Origin: Octopus sinensis
Taxonomy: Eukaryota
Assembly (NCBI RefSeq): GCF_006345805.1
Contig: NC_042997.1
Coordinates: 56,048,001-56,112,000 of the forward strand
Direction: 5' to 3'
DNA length: 64,000 nt
Part shown: positions 10,770 through 24,151 of the stretch, piece by piece
Layout of the letters: every line of letters starts with the position of its first letter
Position numbering within the stretch: position 1 is the stretch's first letter
The notes under the pieces: model-generated
The model's database searches: none
What the model saw: the letters and a program-made list of their open reading frames with translations, nothing else
Told to the model about the DNA's origin: nothing
Program-made: the position numbers and the translations under genes

Positions 10770-11340
10770 CATTATCATCATTGTTTTGATGTCCACTTTC
10801 CCATGCTTACATGATTCAGATGGAATTTGTTGAGGAAGATTTTTCTGCAGTCAGTTGCCTTTCTTGTCATCAACCTCAAGCATGATTGTTACCTGCGTCG
10901 CCTTATTATCACCTGTGCTGGTGGCACGTGAAAAACATTCAAAGCGAGGTCGTTGCCAGTGCCGCTGGACTGACTCCTGTGCAGGTGGAACATAAAAAGC
11001 ATCATCTGAGCGTGGCCGTTACCAGTACCACCTGACTGGCCCCCATGCCGGTGGCACATAAAAGCACCCACTACACTCTCGGAGTAGTTGGCGTTAGGAA
11101 AGGCATCCAGCTTTAGAAACTTTGCCAGATTAAGATTAGAGCCTGGTGCAGCCATCTGGTTCGCCAGACCTCAATCAAATTGTCCAACCCATGCTAGCAT
11201 GGAAAGCGGACATTAAACGATGATGATGATGATGAATCCTCACCTGTTTCCAAGTAAGATAATATTCGCCCATGGCCAGACATGTTTTTACAGAAGTTTG
11301 GAAATGAATGTCAGCACTTGTATGACATTGATGTTCACAT
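10770..11340 (-). mobile_element. (CAT)n-tailed retroposon family D, split by a family C insertion
   Basis: gatgtccactttcccatgc...gtcatcaacctc resumes at atcctcacctgtttccaag; uninterrupted copy at 28770-28975. Confidence 0.7.
10884..11232 (+). mobile_element. Retroposon family C with internal tandem units and (GAT)n tail
   Basis: Repeated gccggtggcac(g/a)taaaa units; end catgctagcatggaaagcggacattaaacgatgatg. Confidence 0.85.
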
Positions 11341-12637
11341 ATATATACGTATATATACCAAATCCATACATAAGCCTTCAGTCAGCCCAGGCCTATGGTG
11401 GAATACACTTTTGAAGATACTATGCAGGAAGAACTGAATATTTCTTAAAATAATGTCTCCACATTTAAAATCCTCATTGTTAATAAATACTTTGAAGGAG
11501 AAAAATATTTATGGCATAACTATCCCCAATATATATTTGCAATCTTTTTAAATTATTTAGTTCTGTGCATCTTCAACTAATACTTATACAAATGAGAGTT
11601 TATTATTTAAACAGTTGCACACTGCCTTTCTTTTGTCTATGCAGACATGCAGAATTGAAACAACAATATTAAACGTTAAAAAAAGAGATGATATAAAGTC
11701 ATGAGCTTATGATTTAAATAAACTTTCTCTTCTGGGAAGAAATATTAAGTGAGATGTATTAAGTGTTGATTTGCTTTCTTGGTTGGCAGCTGTTGTAGTA
11801 TAAATTTGATACAACATGAAAATATTTGATGAGTTACTTATGTTTAATAAAGAAAATTTGGTACATTCCTCTCAGTTTTTCTCATGTGGTTGTTACAATC
11901 AGGCCTCCAGATATTTTGTAACAGTTTTAATTCATCTTCATTACTTTGCAGTGATAAAGTTTAAAAAGCATCATTTGCAGTTGCTGCATATGAGTTCTCA
12001 TATTATTTATTTTCATGTGAGAGGATTCAATCTTAGCATCAAGAAACATTGAACCACCTGCCAATTTTCCTTAGTTTGTCGTTATATTTCTAAATCACTT
12101 TCTGTCTTTTTTACACGCTGTGCTATCTAATAAGTGAGACTAGGATTCATTGCTTCTGCTCAGACCACAGCATAATATTACTGTTAAATATGATCTTCTT
12201 GAGATCATTCAGCTGAGAGCGCTGTTAATTTTTATTAGTACTTGTACTAATCCACTTACTAGAAAAGAAATAAATCCAGAAATCTTCTTAAATATAGAGA
12301 AAAAATATTTTTTATAGTTAGAAATTTGAACTTCTGCAGTTTTAGTGAAACAATTACCTAAGTTCTTTTATTTATATTAAATATTTGTAATTTACTGTCA
12401 ACATCATGAAATTACACCCAGCATTGAATATAAATTGGTATTGTTACTCTAATGATGGAAGGGCTAATTGGAGTATATAGAAAATGTACATCATTTCTTT
12501 TGAATTGCAAATGGGATTAATTAGACACTTATATCTCATGTCTCTATGTTGAAAGAAAGATTCTTATCAATAAATATACCTAAGGTATAAAAATTGGTAG
12601 TAACCTACAGGTGTGGCATATCAGGTATGCTGCTTAA

Positions 12638-12935
12638 CCCTTTTGATACCAATCTGCCTGAGACTGTCCCTTGTATTATGATTTTTTTTAAATTTTATTT
12701 TATCTAGTTTCAGCTCACGAGCCATGCTGGGGCACCACATTTAATATAAATGATATAAATTTCCTATTTTAAAATAATCTCTAAATTATAAACCTTCATC
12801 AAAAATTTCATGTTAAGTTATGTTCCAAACACCAGCTTAATAATAACAAAGTTGTTTAGTAAATTCTTCATCATTTTCAATGTTAATTTAAGGTGAAGCA
12901 TTGTATTTCAGCAGAAAAATGGTAACAAAATGGTT
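12638..12935. mobile_element. TTAA-flanked piggyBac-type MITE, second family
   Basis: ttaa|cccttttgatacc ... ggtaacaaaatggttttaa. Confidence 0.5.
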
Positions 12936-13089
12936 TTAATCTTTACCACTAAGCAGTTTTTGTTTGCCAATGTTTTATTCTATACTGAACTATAAGATAT
13001 TTTTGTTGATGATATTCCATCCAGAGAGTTATACTTCCTATTCTTATAACTTAGGTTCTGGTCATTATTGCCCTAAACTAATTCAACTT

Positions 13090-13370
13090 GATAGCACCAA
13101 GTAATCTTTTAAAGCCTTGTTTCGATACACCATAGCTCTCTTGAGTGGAGAGTTTTGTTCACTTCAATGAATCCTTGTATCAGTGGTTTGTATGATGTTT
13201 CTTGGAGAAATCTGTTTTGGTGTCATTTAAATGTTGTGAGGTCTTTTCCTGTCTTGGTTTCTTTTTGAATAATGTTGAATCTAGCTGGAACAGTTTATTT
13301 ACTAATCATTTTAGTAATAATACTAGTTTCTGGCCATTGTTCCACTTAGAAAAATTGTTTAACTCATTCT
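13090..13370 (-). mobile_element. Penelope-like GIY-YIG region remnant
   Basis: Minus frame ...KETKTGKDLTTFK*HQ resembles the GxTxRxLxxRxxEH motif. Confidence 0.4.
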
Positions 13371-13374
13371 TTTG

Positions 13375-13565
13375 CAAGCTGACAAGCTCTGTATGACCTG
13401 CTAGAAATAGTACCTAGACCATTATCAAATTGCATACTTCCATCTTAAATAAAGAAGGATTATATGGGGCAATGATGTATATGTACACAAAAATAAACAA
13501 GATGGTTACTGCTGGAATGCTTTTCAGCATAAGTCTGCTGGATGAGGGCTGATCTATGGATAAAC
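13375..13565 (+). mobile_element. Interspersed repeat family F
   Basis: gacctgctagaaatag...gatggttactgctggaatgc...ggataaacaa; related copies near 19490, 38900, 39590, 58080, 58560 and 59020. Confidence 0.6.
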
Positions 13566-14308
13566 AATTACAAAAAATACTCCAAACTTTCACCCAGATG
13601 GATGTTTTCTACATCCTAAGTCTCTCAGCCTGAGATGTATAATGAACCTTTAGGAAAAGTTAGAATAGTTTTCAAAATAAATGACCTCATGTGGGTGTAA
13701 AAATCTATGTGTATGTGTGTGTTTGTGTATGTATATATATATTGATGGATATTCCCTTGAGATATTTTACCAAACCATATCAAAATAAAACCACATTCAA
13801 TTTCATCCTGGTAAACATATCTAATGGAAATTAATACTCTTGAATTCTATTGTAATTCCTATAGGATGTTTAGTGAGAGAATAGAGGTAAAGAATAATAA
13901 AATGGAGACAGAAAACGCAATTTAATCTCTATTTCATTATTTTTTATATATTTACATTAAAGATTTGATTTTTATTGTGTGGCATGACAATCAAATTTGT
14001 TAAATAAATCATTTTTTTGTTTATTTAAATATTTGTTGTTTTTCGTTAAATAGAATACTTCAATTGAATGTTTAAACATTCAAATTTGAACTGCTAAAAT
14101 ATTTTAAGTTTTTGACTTCATTTATATTATTCAGTTACAGAATTGTTACCAAATTATGAGGTATATTTTGTTTATATTATTGTTAATTAGATTTCTAATA
14201 GTAAAAATTTAGATACTTTTATGATGTTGTCTGATGAGAATTATATTTATAGAAAGTAGATTGGTTATGGAATTGTGGTGATGGGGAATCCATTTAGATT
14301 CACCATCC

Positions 14309-14358
<50 letters not shown>

Positions 14359-15859
14359 GTACGTATGTATAATGTTCAATTCTTATGGTCAAAAATGTTC
14401 TCTTGGTAATATTAATACAGTATGGGTTTTGTGCAATCACTACCTTTCACATGTTAGCATCAGAGTTGAACTCTGGGTCTTGAATATTAACTATTTTATC
14501 CACTTACCAACCTGACCCTCATATGCTTCTGTTTGTGTGTGTGTGAGAAAGAGAGTGGGAGATAGTTTAAATTCACATCCAGATATAAAAGCATTGAGCA
14601 AAAAAATAGTAATATATTGACATTCTTCCTCTAGCTCAGCATTCTCAAAGATGAGTGTAATAAAATTAGTCCCTCAAAATATAGGTAAAGTTTATGAACT
14701 GGAGGTGCTGCAAAACTCAATATGTATTCATGCCATGCTACCATGAGATAAAAATTAATGTAAAATTTATTCATATTAATTGATAGAAGCACTGCATCAT
14801 GGTAGGCTAAACAGAACTTTATAGGCGTGGCTTTTAGTAGTACACATTTTTAGCCATGCTATGAAAGCATGATTAAATTATAGGTATTTCTTTAAAGTAT
14901 TTAATCTACATTGTCAAAGCTTGTACTGTCATGCAAATTAAGCAAACCAAATTAGTTCTGTTTGTGTTTGATTATACTATAGGCAGCTCTAAGCTACTAT
15001 TCTTTCTATGAGTAGGAATGAATAACTGATCTCTGAAGTGTTAATAAATATTGAAACTAGTCAGACTGATCGCTTTTTCTGGTCAAGAGAGAAAAACTTA
15101 TAGTCTAACAATGATGTTTACTTTTCACAGCCTAGCTAAAATATGTTTTATGACTCGCATTATTAAATCTTTTATTTGCTTTCATACATCCAATTCTAAA
15201 ACCAATTTTAATCAACTAAACTTCTTTTATTCATATTTTAAAATCATTGTTCTCATAAAATAAAAGTCTAGTTTGAAAAATTAACTTATGTTTCTAATAT
15301 TTACACATATTAAATCTGTTATGCATCTGATTTACTAGAGTAGACTACATTTGCATTAGTCTCAGCAACAACTCTATAGCTATTTATTTTCATTAGTGAG
15401 GTATTATAGTTACATTGGAAAGCAGCAAATCTACTCAATCTCTGCATGGAGACAGTGGTATAAAGCATTAATTCTCCCTTTTATATAGAATTGAGCTAAT
15501 TAGCTTCCAGGTGTTATGAGGTAAATAATTCACAACGGCAAGAATTTAGCTATAACAATAAACAGTGTCACAAGAAACATTTATATAACAAAGAATTAAC
15601 AATAGATAACTGAGGGGTCAATATAGCATATGGCCAAATAGCCTGTTTAGGTTAAGGTTCACTACAAATCATCAAATTATAGTACTTTATGTCACCCTAA
15701 TTACAAAACCACATAACTTACCACAATAGCCCTGGGGCAACCAAAACCTTGTGAGTGGATTTGGAAGACAGAAACTGAAAAGAAGCCCATAATAATGTTA
15801 ATGCATGAATGTGAGTGTGTGTCATATTGTTTTTAAACAATATATATTGTGTTTTTAAA

Positions 15860-15990
15860 CATTGTTCATCCATAAGGGATGGTATATGAACAAATATTGC
15901 CCAGGGTAAAAGACCAGTACACAAACTGAAATTAAGGTATAAGGACTGCATCAAAAATACAGTACAGGACAAAATCTTGGAAAATTGACA
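15860..15990 (+). mobile_element. RTE LINE 3' ORF remnant
   Basis: QGKRPVHKLKLRYKDCIKNTVQD matches the RTE C-terminal GKRPxGRPKLRYKD motif. Confidence 0.65.
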
Positions 15991-16489
15991 AGAAAACCTC
16001 AATCTAGCTCATTCCTCTTGAAGGAAAGTAATACATGATGGGTGATTATAAGTTTTGTTGGCATTATAGCAATTATTTCATTCAGATATTCTCATTTATT
16101 TTGGAGATGATCTTGCCTTCACAATTCTGGCCAGTGTTTCAGAAGCTGGGCTATTAAGATATAAGTCCCTGTCCAATGTATAAAATTATTATCAACATTA
16201 ATTGAACTAGTTTCCTGTAGTTGCAGTCTAAAACATAATCAAGAGAATGCATCAATATAAGCAATGGAGTTGACATATGTTATACTGTCAGCTTACATTG
16301 GCCATATCCATATTCTTTGTACAGATTAAAGATAAATCCAAGAGTCTGTGATTGAATCTAAATGGGAATTCTCATTCAAAAGAAAAATAAAAAGTATGGT
16401 CTGTGGTTACACAATTGCCAAGATCAACCTTTCAGCATTTGGGTCATTAGACTCAGCAGCAATTAACTCCCTTGTTAAACCCAGAACTG

Positions 16490-16845
16490 AGTTGTGTGGT
16501 AAGAAGTTTGCTTCCCAACCACATGGTTCTGGGTTCAGTCCCACTGCAAGGCACCTGTTCTTCTACTATAGTCCCTAGCAAACAAAAGCCTTGTGAGTGG
16601 AAACACCATCTGTGTGTGTGTGTGTGTCTTTGTATTTGTCTCACCACCACCACCACTTTACAACTGCTGTTGATTTGATCACATTCCTATAACTTAGTAG
16701 TTTGGCAAAGGAGACTGATAGAATAAGTACCAGGCTTAAAAAAGAAAAATAAGTGCCAGGATCAATTTGTTTAACTGAAACCCTTCAAGGCAGTGCCCCA
16801 GCATGGCTGCAGTCTAGTGAGTGGAACAAGTCAAAAATAAAAAAA
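16490..16845 (+). mobile_element. SINE family A
   Basis: gtgtggtaagaagtttgcttcccaaccacatggttctgggttcagtcccactg head and gatagaataagtacc tail. Confidence 0.85.
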
Positions 16846-17715
16846 ATATAGATTGCTTGCTCACATCAGTTGTTGATATGACAGCATTGTTGGCATCAAA
16901 TATACTCACAACAGGATTCTCAGTAAAGGAATTTTATAAATTATCAAATGCTCTTTGTTGAATAATTAGATCCAACATTTTTCTTGAACATATTTACAAA
17001 TAGTTTGATTATTTCAGATTATTTTAGCAAATATCAACCATAAAAATTTGCCAATCCTAAAATGGGATTTTATTTCTTTCTTATTAGAGGATGAAGGAAT
17101 ATCTAGTATTTTCTAGAACAAACATCAATCTGGAAACACACCTTCCTTTGAAATACAAAAACCTAAAATGTTATTCTTAAAGATGAATTTCTGTGAATTG
17201 ATAATTATGCCTGCACCTCTCAGGTAATTCAATGTTATCTTGGCCTTCAGGTTTAGTTACTCTTCAGCAGTTGTACACAAACTAACACAATCCTGATAGA
17301 TAACTATATTTTGTATATTGTCCCCTATTTTCTATTACATGTTGAATAATGAAACCCACAGTTTTAGGCCATACATCTGACAAATAAACATTTTTGCAAA
17401 ACACTAGGAAATTTGAAATTAATTTCATATTTTTATTCTAAAATTTGATGTGGTATTGTATTGCTATCTGTCAACTGCACGTCACTGGCTGTACTCCTGC
17501 CCTGTCACCCATACTTGTATTCTAACACTGCAGGAGTCACTTAGGTTAAACTGTCATCACAATAATTACCCCCCTTAGTAGTCATATACACGTCTACCTT
17601 GTATGATGATAGGAACCTGACACTATAACTGTGAGACCTTTTTCAGATAATTAACACAATTTTATACCTCCTCACCGCCATACACAAAAATTATTGATAA
17701 AATCTCTTAGCTTAC

Positions 17716-17878
17716 TGAAAACAAAAATATGTTTGGTTTAGACAACAGTAATTCTGCAAAAGAACTGGTGTTGAGTACAGTGAGCTCTTTAATCCCTCTA
17801 GTTACATGATAAAATACATCCAGCAAATCACCTTTAAGTGATTGGCAATGGGAGAGGCATCTGGTTGTGGAAACTACT
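17716..17878 (-). CDS. Candidate exon VVSTTRCLSHCQSLKGDLLDVFYHVTRGIKELTVLNTSSFAELLLSKPNIFLFS, or the antisense of a transposase remnant
   Basis: gttttatttttag acceptor, TCA|gtaagc donor, 54 open codons; the + frame also looks like a decayed transposase. Confidence 0.35.
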
Positions 17879-19220
17879 CTAAAAATAAAACATATAGACA
17901 AGATATGGACTCTACAAGCCACACCACAGTCTAGCCTTCTAGGAGAGCAATATCTTCAAATAAGATCTGATGCAAAGTAGAGGAAACTTCAATTCTTTTT
18001 AGTGCTACTGGCATAAAATGCATCTAGCCTTCATAGTAACAGATACACAATGTTAGGTTTCTCTGTTTGTGCATCTTGTCTAACCCATAATAACATGGAA
18101 AAATGAATGTAAAAGTGATAAAGATGAATATATGAAAATCTGGGTTTTTTGCTTAAAGAAAATTTGCTCACTTTTTCTATAAACTGTCTTCCGATAGCAA
18201 TGACCAAATACAAATGATCATGTATTTAATCTTTTTTGGGAACACCTATGTTGTATTATTTTATCTGTGAGTTTTCTTAGTGAATTAAAATGGGAGACTT
18301 TAGTTGTATAGTTTAAAATATAACATTTGTTTTTATCAAACTGGGTTTTTAGTGTGAACCGAAATATGTGTTTGTGTGTGTAAATTTGGTATTGAGCATA
18401 AAAAGCTAAGTTTGGTAGAGAGAAAACGGTAAGCAAACTTCTGTGTCTGGTGGAGGTCTGCTTGTTTAATTTCTTTACCCATTCTAGAATAGTTTTGTAC
18501 ATTCACTTATATAATTGTACGAATATTTAACATGTTTGTTTTGTTCATGTTAGTATGGCTGAGTTGGTTGTATCAGAAAGCTCAAGTATTTGCATTATGT
18601 TGTTGGGCAATTTCTTTTAAGCCAGGTGTCTTTTGTAATGATAGTAAGTCAATTAAGATATGAGAATAAATGTACCAATTTTAAGTTTGGTTAATTGAAG
18701 CAAATAATGTTCAATCTTCCTTGTGTTTGGTTGAACCAATGACCTTTATAGTTTATATTGTTCCACAAATACCCTAACCATATCACACTGACAATTCTAG
18801 TTTTCATCTGATTACCAATATTAAGCAACATTGACCCTAGTTAGAAGTTAGATGGGTGACTGCTTGGAAAACTTATGTGCCATAAGCCTGTTTTTAAAAT
18901 AGTCAAAAGAGCCTGAACCAACAATAGCGCTTCTATGTAGTCACGCAATTCTCAAGAAATTACAAATAGACCCTAGCATCTTACTAAAATAGAAAATAGA
19001 AAAAGATGTAAGAGCACACCAGATTATGCAAAAAGATAGCACAGTCCTGGTTGCAATGTCTCTGATTATAAGTCAGGTTTGCTGAACTAGTGTCAACCTG
19101 GGCCCAAACATAGGCAACTCTTAGCTACAGAATGAAGTATTCACTATGCTCTCACTGAATCTGTCAGAAAAGGAAGCAAGCCTCCCTCAAACCACAGCTT
19201 ACAATCTAAAAATAATTTAA

Positions 19221-19440
19221 CCCTTTCGTTACTGTATTTATTTTGAGATGCTCTGTGTTTCTTTCAAGTACTTCAAATATAACAAAGAATTTAGTAAAAT
19301 AACTTCATTATCATTCAGCTAGTGTTAGGAACGTAAATTGTGACTAAGGTTTGGTGGAAGGTTTTAATTCAAAACTTATGAAAGCAAGGCATTTGTACTC
19401 AGATCCAGAGCCGGTTTCAGCTGGGTTGGTAACAAAAGAG
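19221..19440. mobile_element. piggyBac-type MITE family 1
   Basis: TTAA|CCCTTTcgttac ... gtaacaaaagag|TTAA; close inverted copy at 54902-55121. Confidence 0.85.
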
Positions 19441-19924
19441 TTAAGGATATTGAATGATGTAGATTTATATATATACTTCCTGTAAACAAGATGAAGGGAC
19501 CATAGCTGAAATGTCTTTGATTTTAGGTCTCTAAAATTAGAGCTGACCTGAGTCTAAACAACAACAATCTATTATGAATATGTAACAAAATATTTCAAAA
19601 TTTGTTATAAAATATTACTTCTACTCATTCTAGAATGGGGGAAAAAATGAATTAATACCTCTAGTTATAATAAAGATTGTATTCTTAATATTCTTTGACT
19701 GGTACAAACATTCCACTAAAATTCATGTTATTTTTCTACATATCATGTTGTTGAATTTTCTCCTGTATTTTATTTTTCTAAATAATGGTATCTCAAGTGA
19801 TAAATATTTCATCGTGCTTATTTTGCTTTGCATATCTCAACTTAACTTTTTGAAGCATCTTCCTTATCTTTATTCTTTAAGCTCTCTGTCTCTCTAGTTT
19901 TATTTTAAAACCTTGTCTCATCAA

Positions 19925-19952
19925 ATATATATGTGTGTGTGTGTGTGTATAA

Positions 19953-20009
<57 letters not shown>

Positions 20010-20170
20010 TACATACACATATACACACACACTCGTAGATATACATGCACATATACATGCTCGCACACTCATACAAGTATACATGTATGTGTGTGGTATA
20101 CATGTTTGTATGTTTGTGTGTATATACATATATACTCACACATGCCCATATTTACTTATATGTATATGCA
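19925..20170. repeat. (TG)n-(TA)n-(CA)n compound microsatellite
   Basis: Direct reading. Confidence 0.95.
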
Positions 20171-20427
20171 TATGATATATAAAAGCAAAGAAATCATCAG
20201 CAGACAACTGAATGTTGTTTGTGATTTAAGACTCCTGCTAAGTTACTTTAACCTAGACATGGGGAAACTAGTGCGATAGTTTACTAAGTGTGCTATCTAA
20301 TACTGTTGTTAAATGACTGTGATATTTTGAAAAACTAGTGTCTCTGGATAAAATTTTATCTTTTTTTAAATCAATTAGACTAAAATAGTTCTGAATAGAT
20401 TTTGAATAAGTCTGTTTTGTGTTAGAT

Positions 20428-20486
20428 TATTTATTATTATTATTATTACTATTACTATTATTATTATTATTATTATTATTATTATC
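20428..20486. repeat. (ATT)n trinucleotide microsatellite
   Basis: Direct reading. Confidence 0.95.
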
Positions 20487-20983
20487 TTCTCCATTTTGAA
20501 TTATAATTTCTAACAGAAGCATTAAGCTGTAAGTTTTAGGGAAGGAAGCACCTGAGTATATTCAACACTTGTATATTAATGGTACTTTTAATGAAAAGTG
20601 AAGTTAACCTTAGCAGGATTATGAACGTCACACTAAAAAAAAAAGTTTCAACTAGAATAAGGCTAAGACAGACTGCAAATGGCCTATAAAAGTTTGCTGA
20701 ATCACTGCTACAGAAGTGTGATGATTTTAAATATTGAATACTGAACTACTGAGCAAAACCATAAGTTCAGTTCTTGTTACAGAAGCCAATGCTTTCCAAA
20801 CTAACAGATGTGGCGTACCTGGCAGAATGTGTACAGTAGAAAAAAGTAAAGTACTTTGTGGTATTTAGTAGCATTCTTTTCATTCTGAACAAGGTGAACT
20901 TGCCCTTCCAGCCTTTAAGGCTTGATAAAATAAAATACTAGTCAAGTAGTGAAGTCACTTTGATTTACTGTCCCTACCGCAAA

Positions 20984-20984
<1 letters not shown>

Positions 20985-21029
<45 letters not shown>

Positions 21030-21505
21030 CATTTTGGAACAAGGCTAGCAAGTTCAGTGGAGGATGCTAGTCAATTACATCAACCCCAGTACTCAACTGG
21101 TATTTATTTTAAATCCCCCTCCCCTAAAAAAACGGATGAAAAGCAAAGTCAACCTTGTGGAATTTGAACTTGGAACATAAAGGCAGATGAAATGCTGTTA
21201 AGCATTTTGCCTGGTGCTGTAATGATTCAGTCAGCTCAACATCTTAATAATATTAATAATGATAATAATAATAATCCTTTCTACTATAGGTACAAGACCC
21301 AAAATTTGGGGGGATGGGGAGTCGATTTCTTCAACTTCAAGTACTCCACTAGTACTTTATTGACCCTGAAAGGATGAAAGGCAAAGTGGACTTCAGTAGA
21401 ATTTGAACTCAAAACATAGAGATAGACAAAATGCTGCTAAGCTACCCAGTGTGCTAACGATTCTGCCAGCTCACCACTTAATAATAATAATAATAATAAT
21501 AATAA
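20985..21505 (-). mobile_element. Two tandem SINE family B copies separated and flanked by (AAT)n
   Basis: Repeated ggatgaaa(a/g)gcaaagt...atttgaact...ctaagc...cagct units between (AAT)n tracts. Confidence 0.75.
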
Positions 21506-21699
21506 TGTGGCTTTGTGGTCTGTGCTCAAAATTTTTATTATATTTGTTATTCAACTGGCTTTCACAAAATTCTGATAAGCACTTAAGTTAATATCAATAT
21601 TTATATAGTTTTGTGCACGCGTGTGTGTGTGATCATCATCATCATCATTTAACGACATTTTTCATGCTGGCGTGGGTTGGACAATATGCATGTGTGTGT

Positions 21700-22120
21700 G
21701 TAGGCATGGCTATGTATTCAAAAAGCTTGCTTCCCAACCATATGGTTTGGGGTTCAGTCCCTCAGCATTGCACCTTAGACAAGTGTCGTCTAATATATCC
21801 TTGGGGTAACCAAAGCCTTCTCAATGGATTTGATTAATAGAAACTGAAAGAAGCCTATCATATAAATGTATGCATGTGCGTGGTGTGTTTGTGTCACCTT
21901 GTCTTGGCATGAGGTTATAGTTATAAATGATTATCACCGTCATGCAAGCAGTGTGATTCATTTAAAATATTCTGCAAGAATATATCTGGCCAGGGAGACA
22001 TATTAGTTTGCTTGGAAACAGGTGAGGATTGGTAGGTAATAAGAAGGATATCTGGCCATAAAAAAATATCTGCCTCAATAAACTCCTTTCAACTCCTGCA
22101 ACCATGGAAAAGTGAATGAT
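21700..22120 (+). mobile_element. SINE family A, variant with alternative long tail
   Basis: Family A head followed by tttgcttggaaacaggtgagg...ccatggaaaagtg. Confidence 0.75.
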
Positions 22121-22129
22121 TAAATAATG

Positions 22130-22136
22130 ATGGTGT

Positions 22137-22188
<52 letters not shown>

Positions 22189-22268
22189 AGAGAGAGAGAG
22201 AGAGAGAAAGTTGTTTGTATATACATGCGTGTGTGAATGCACACATATATATATGCATATGTGCATGC

Positions 22269-22309
<41 letters not shown>

Positions 22310-22500
22310 CACATGTATGTATATGTGTGTGTGTAGATATACACATGTATGTGTGTGTAGATATGCATATATATATGTATATTTATGTATATATATATAC
22401 ACTCATATGTGTGTGTATATATATATGTATATGTAAGTATATATCAATAAATGTACGCATACATATGTGTGTGTGTGTGTTAGAATGTGCACATATTCAC
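22130..22500. repeat. Long compound (TA)/(GA)/(TG) microsatellite
   Basis: Direct reading. Confidence 0.95.
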
Positions 22501-23761
22501 ACAACTATACATGCATACACATGCAAGCACAAGGTAGCATATGTTTTGCAGTACCTGCTGACATTACCGGGAAGGACATCAAGTTCTATGCATTCGTTTG
22601 AAAGTAAAATGAAGCTCCCCTGCTGTCTTTGGTGAAAATTGAATCTGCATTTTGGTGAAAGCTAGAATCTGCCAGTGGGTTATTTGTCAAGCAGTCACAG
22701 ATGTTCAACTCCATGGGACTCCATTCACTTTTCAAAGTTCTGTTAGTTATTTGGCCAGTGGCGCCTAATACAACATACTATGTGAACTACTTTGCCACTT
22801 GCCAGAGAGCAAAATAGAATTAGAAATATTTTCAAGTAATGTAGAAAATTTGTTGACATGGAAACTCTATTCTGATATTTTTTCTTATCAATTATTTTCT
22901 TAACAAATCCATTAAACTCAAGAATAAAGATTAATTTTCAAATAAAGACTTTTCCCCTAGTATGTTTAATTGTGAAATGTTTATTTTAGTTATAATAATA
23001 TGCCCACACTTCTTTCTAAAATTGAATTCTTATACTCCGGTTTATTTACTTATTGAATTAATTATACATGCTTCATTCTTTTTCTACCTCCCTCTCCTAC
23101 TGAACGATATTTTAGATCATACTCTCTCTCTCTCTCTCTCTCTCACTCTCTCTCTCTCTCTCTTCCTTCCCTGCTGTCACATTCATATTTTGTTTTCATC
23201 AAAAACTATAAGGAGCTGGACACAAACATGCGTATACACCCACAGACTGCAAAGTTCCATTAGTGCAAGGTTTATTGATTGCGGAACTGCTGCTGCTGGT
23301 ATCATATGGTTGTTAGATATATGACACTAGTCATTGTTGTAACAATGGTAAAATGAGAATATCTGTCTCCAAATTCTAGAATAAAATTAAGTAAGGGTGA
23401 CACAGATTGCGATATATTACTTGAGGAAAAACTTATAAAGAAATAGGCACAGACATAGCAGTGTAGTTGAGAAGTTTGCTTCACGACATGGTTCTGCTAT
23501 AGCCTCAAGTTAATCAATGCCTTGTCTGTGGAATTTGGTTGACAGAAACTATGGCAGCCTGTCACCTTTGTGTGTGTGTGTGTGTGTGTGTAAAATGAAC
23601 TTTTTCAACAAGAATAACATACAAGTGTGACAAATGTGTGATTCTTCAACTGAATGATGTAATCATTGAATTAGCATGCAAAGTGACTGAGTATTCCATA
23701 GGCATATGTGCCCCTTAATATGTAATTTTCTGTTAAAATCAGCATGGTGCAGTTATAGGCA

Positions 23762-24151
23762 CAGGAGTGGCTGTGGTAAGTAGCTTGCTTACAAACCACA
23801 TAATTCCGGGTTCAGTCCCACTGTGTGGCACCTTGGGCAAGTATCTTCTACTATAGTCTCGGGCTAACCAAAGCCTTGTGAGTGGATTTGGTAAACGGAA
23901 ACTGAAAGAAGCCTGTTGTATATATGTATATATATGTGTGTGTGTGTTTGTGTGTCTGTGTTTGTTCCCCCAACATCGCTTGGCAACCGATGCTGGTGTG
24001 TTTATATCCCCGTAACTTAGCGGTTCGGCAAAAAGAGACCGATAGAATAAGTACTAGGCTTACAAAGAATAAGTCCTGGGGTCAATTTGTTCGACTAAAA
24101 GCAGTGCTCCAGCATGGCCACTATCAAATGATTGAAATAAGTAAAAGAGTA
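23762..24151 (+). mobile_element. Full-length SINE family A (tRNA-derived)
   Basis: caggagtggctgtggtaag head, B-box-like ggttcagtccc, central (TA/TG)n, tail aagtaaaagagta. Confidence 0.9.

Noticed and set aside
10884-11232. Regularly spaced gtggcacgtaaaa repeats resembling a CRISPR array
   Set aside because: Eukaryotic context; the spacers are homologous to each other and the block is an internal tandem repeat of multicopy family C.
11850-12260. Possible hAT transposase relic
   Set aside because: Stops in all frames and only vague motif similarity.
20783-20890. Exon-like signals on both strands
   Set aside because: Overlaps what looks like a hAT MITE end (caatgctttccaaact); weak pyrimidine tract.
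22545-22860. GC-richer patch with partial open frames, possibly a mariner relic
   Set aside because: Motifs too degenerate to assign.
23200-23300. Minus-frame peptide KPCTNGTLQSVGVYACLCPAPY resembling an EGF repeat, and a 57-nt + strand exon candidate
   Set aside because: A required cysteine is missing, there is no acceptor in frame, and the splice signals are weak.
23762-23840. tRNA-like heads of SINE families A, B and E
   Set aside because: No complete cloverleaf and always fused to SINE bodies; not tRNA genes.
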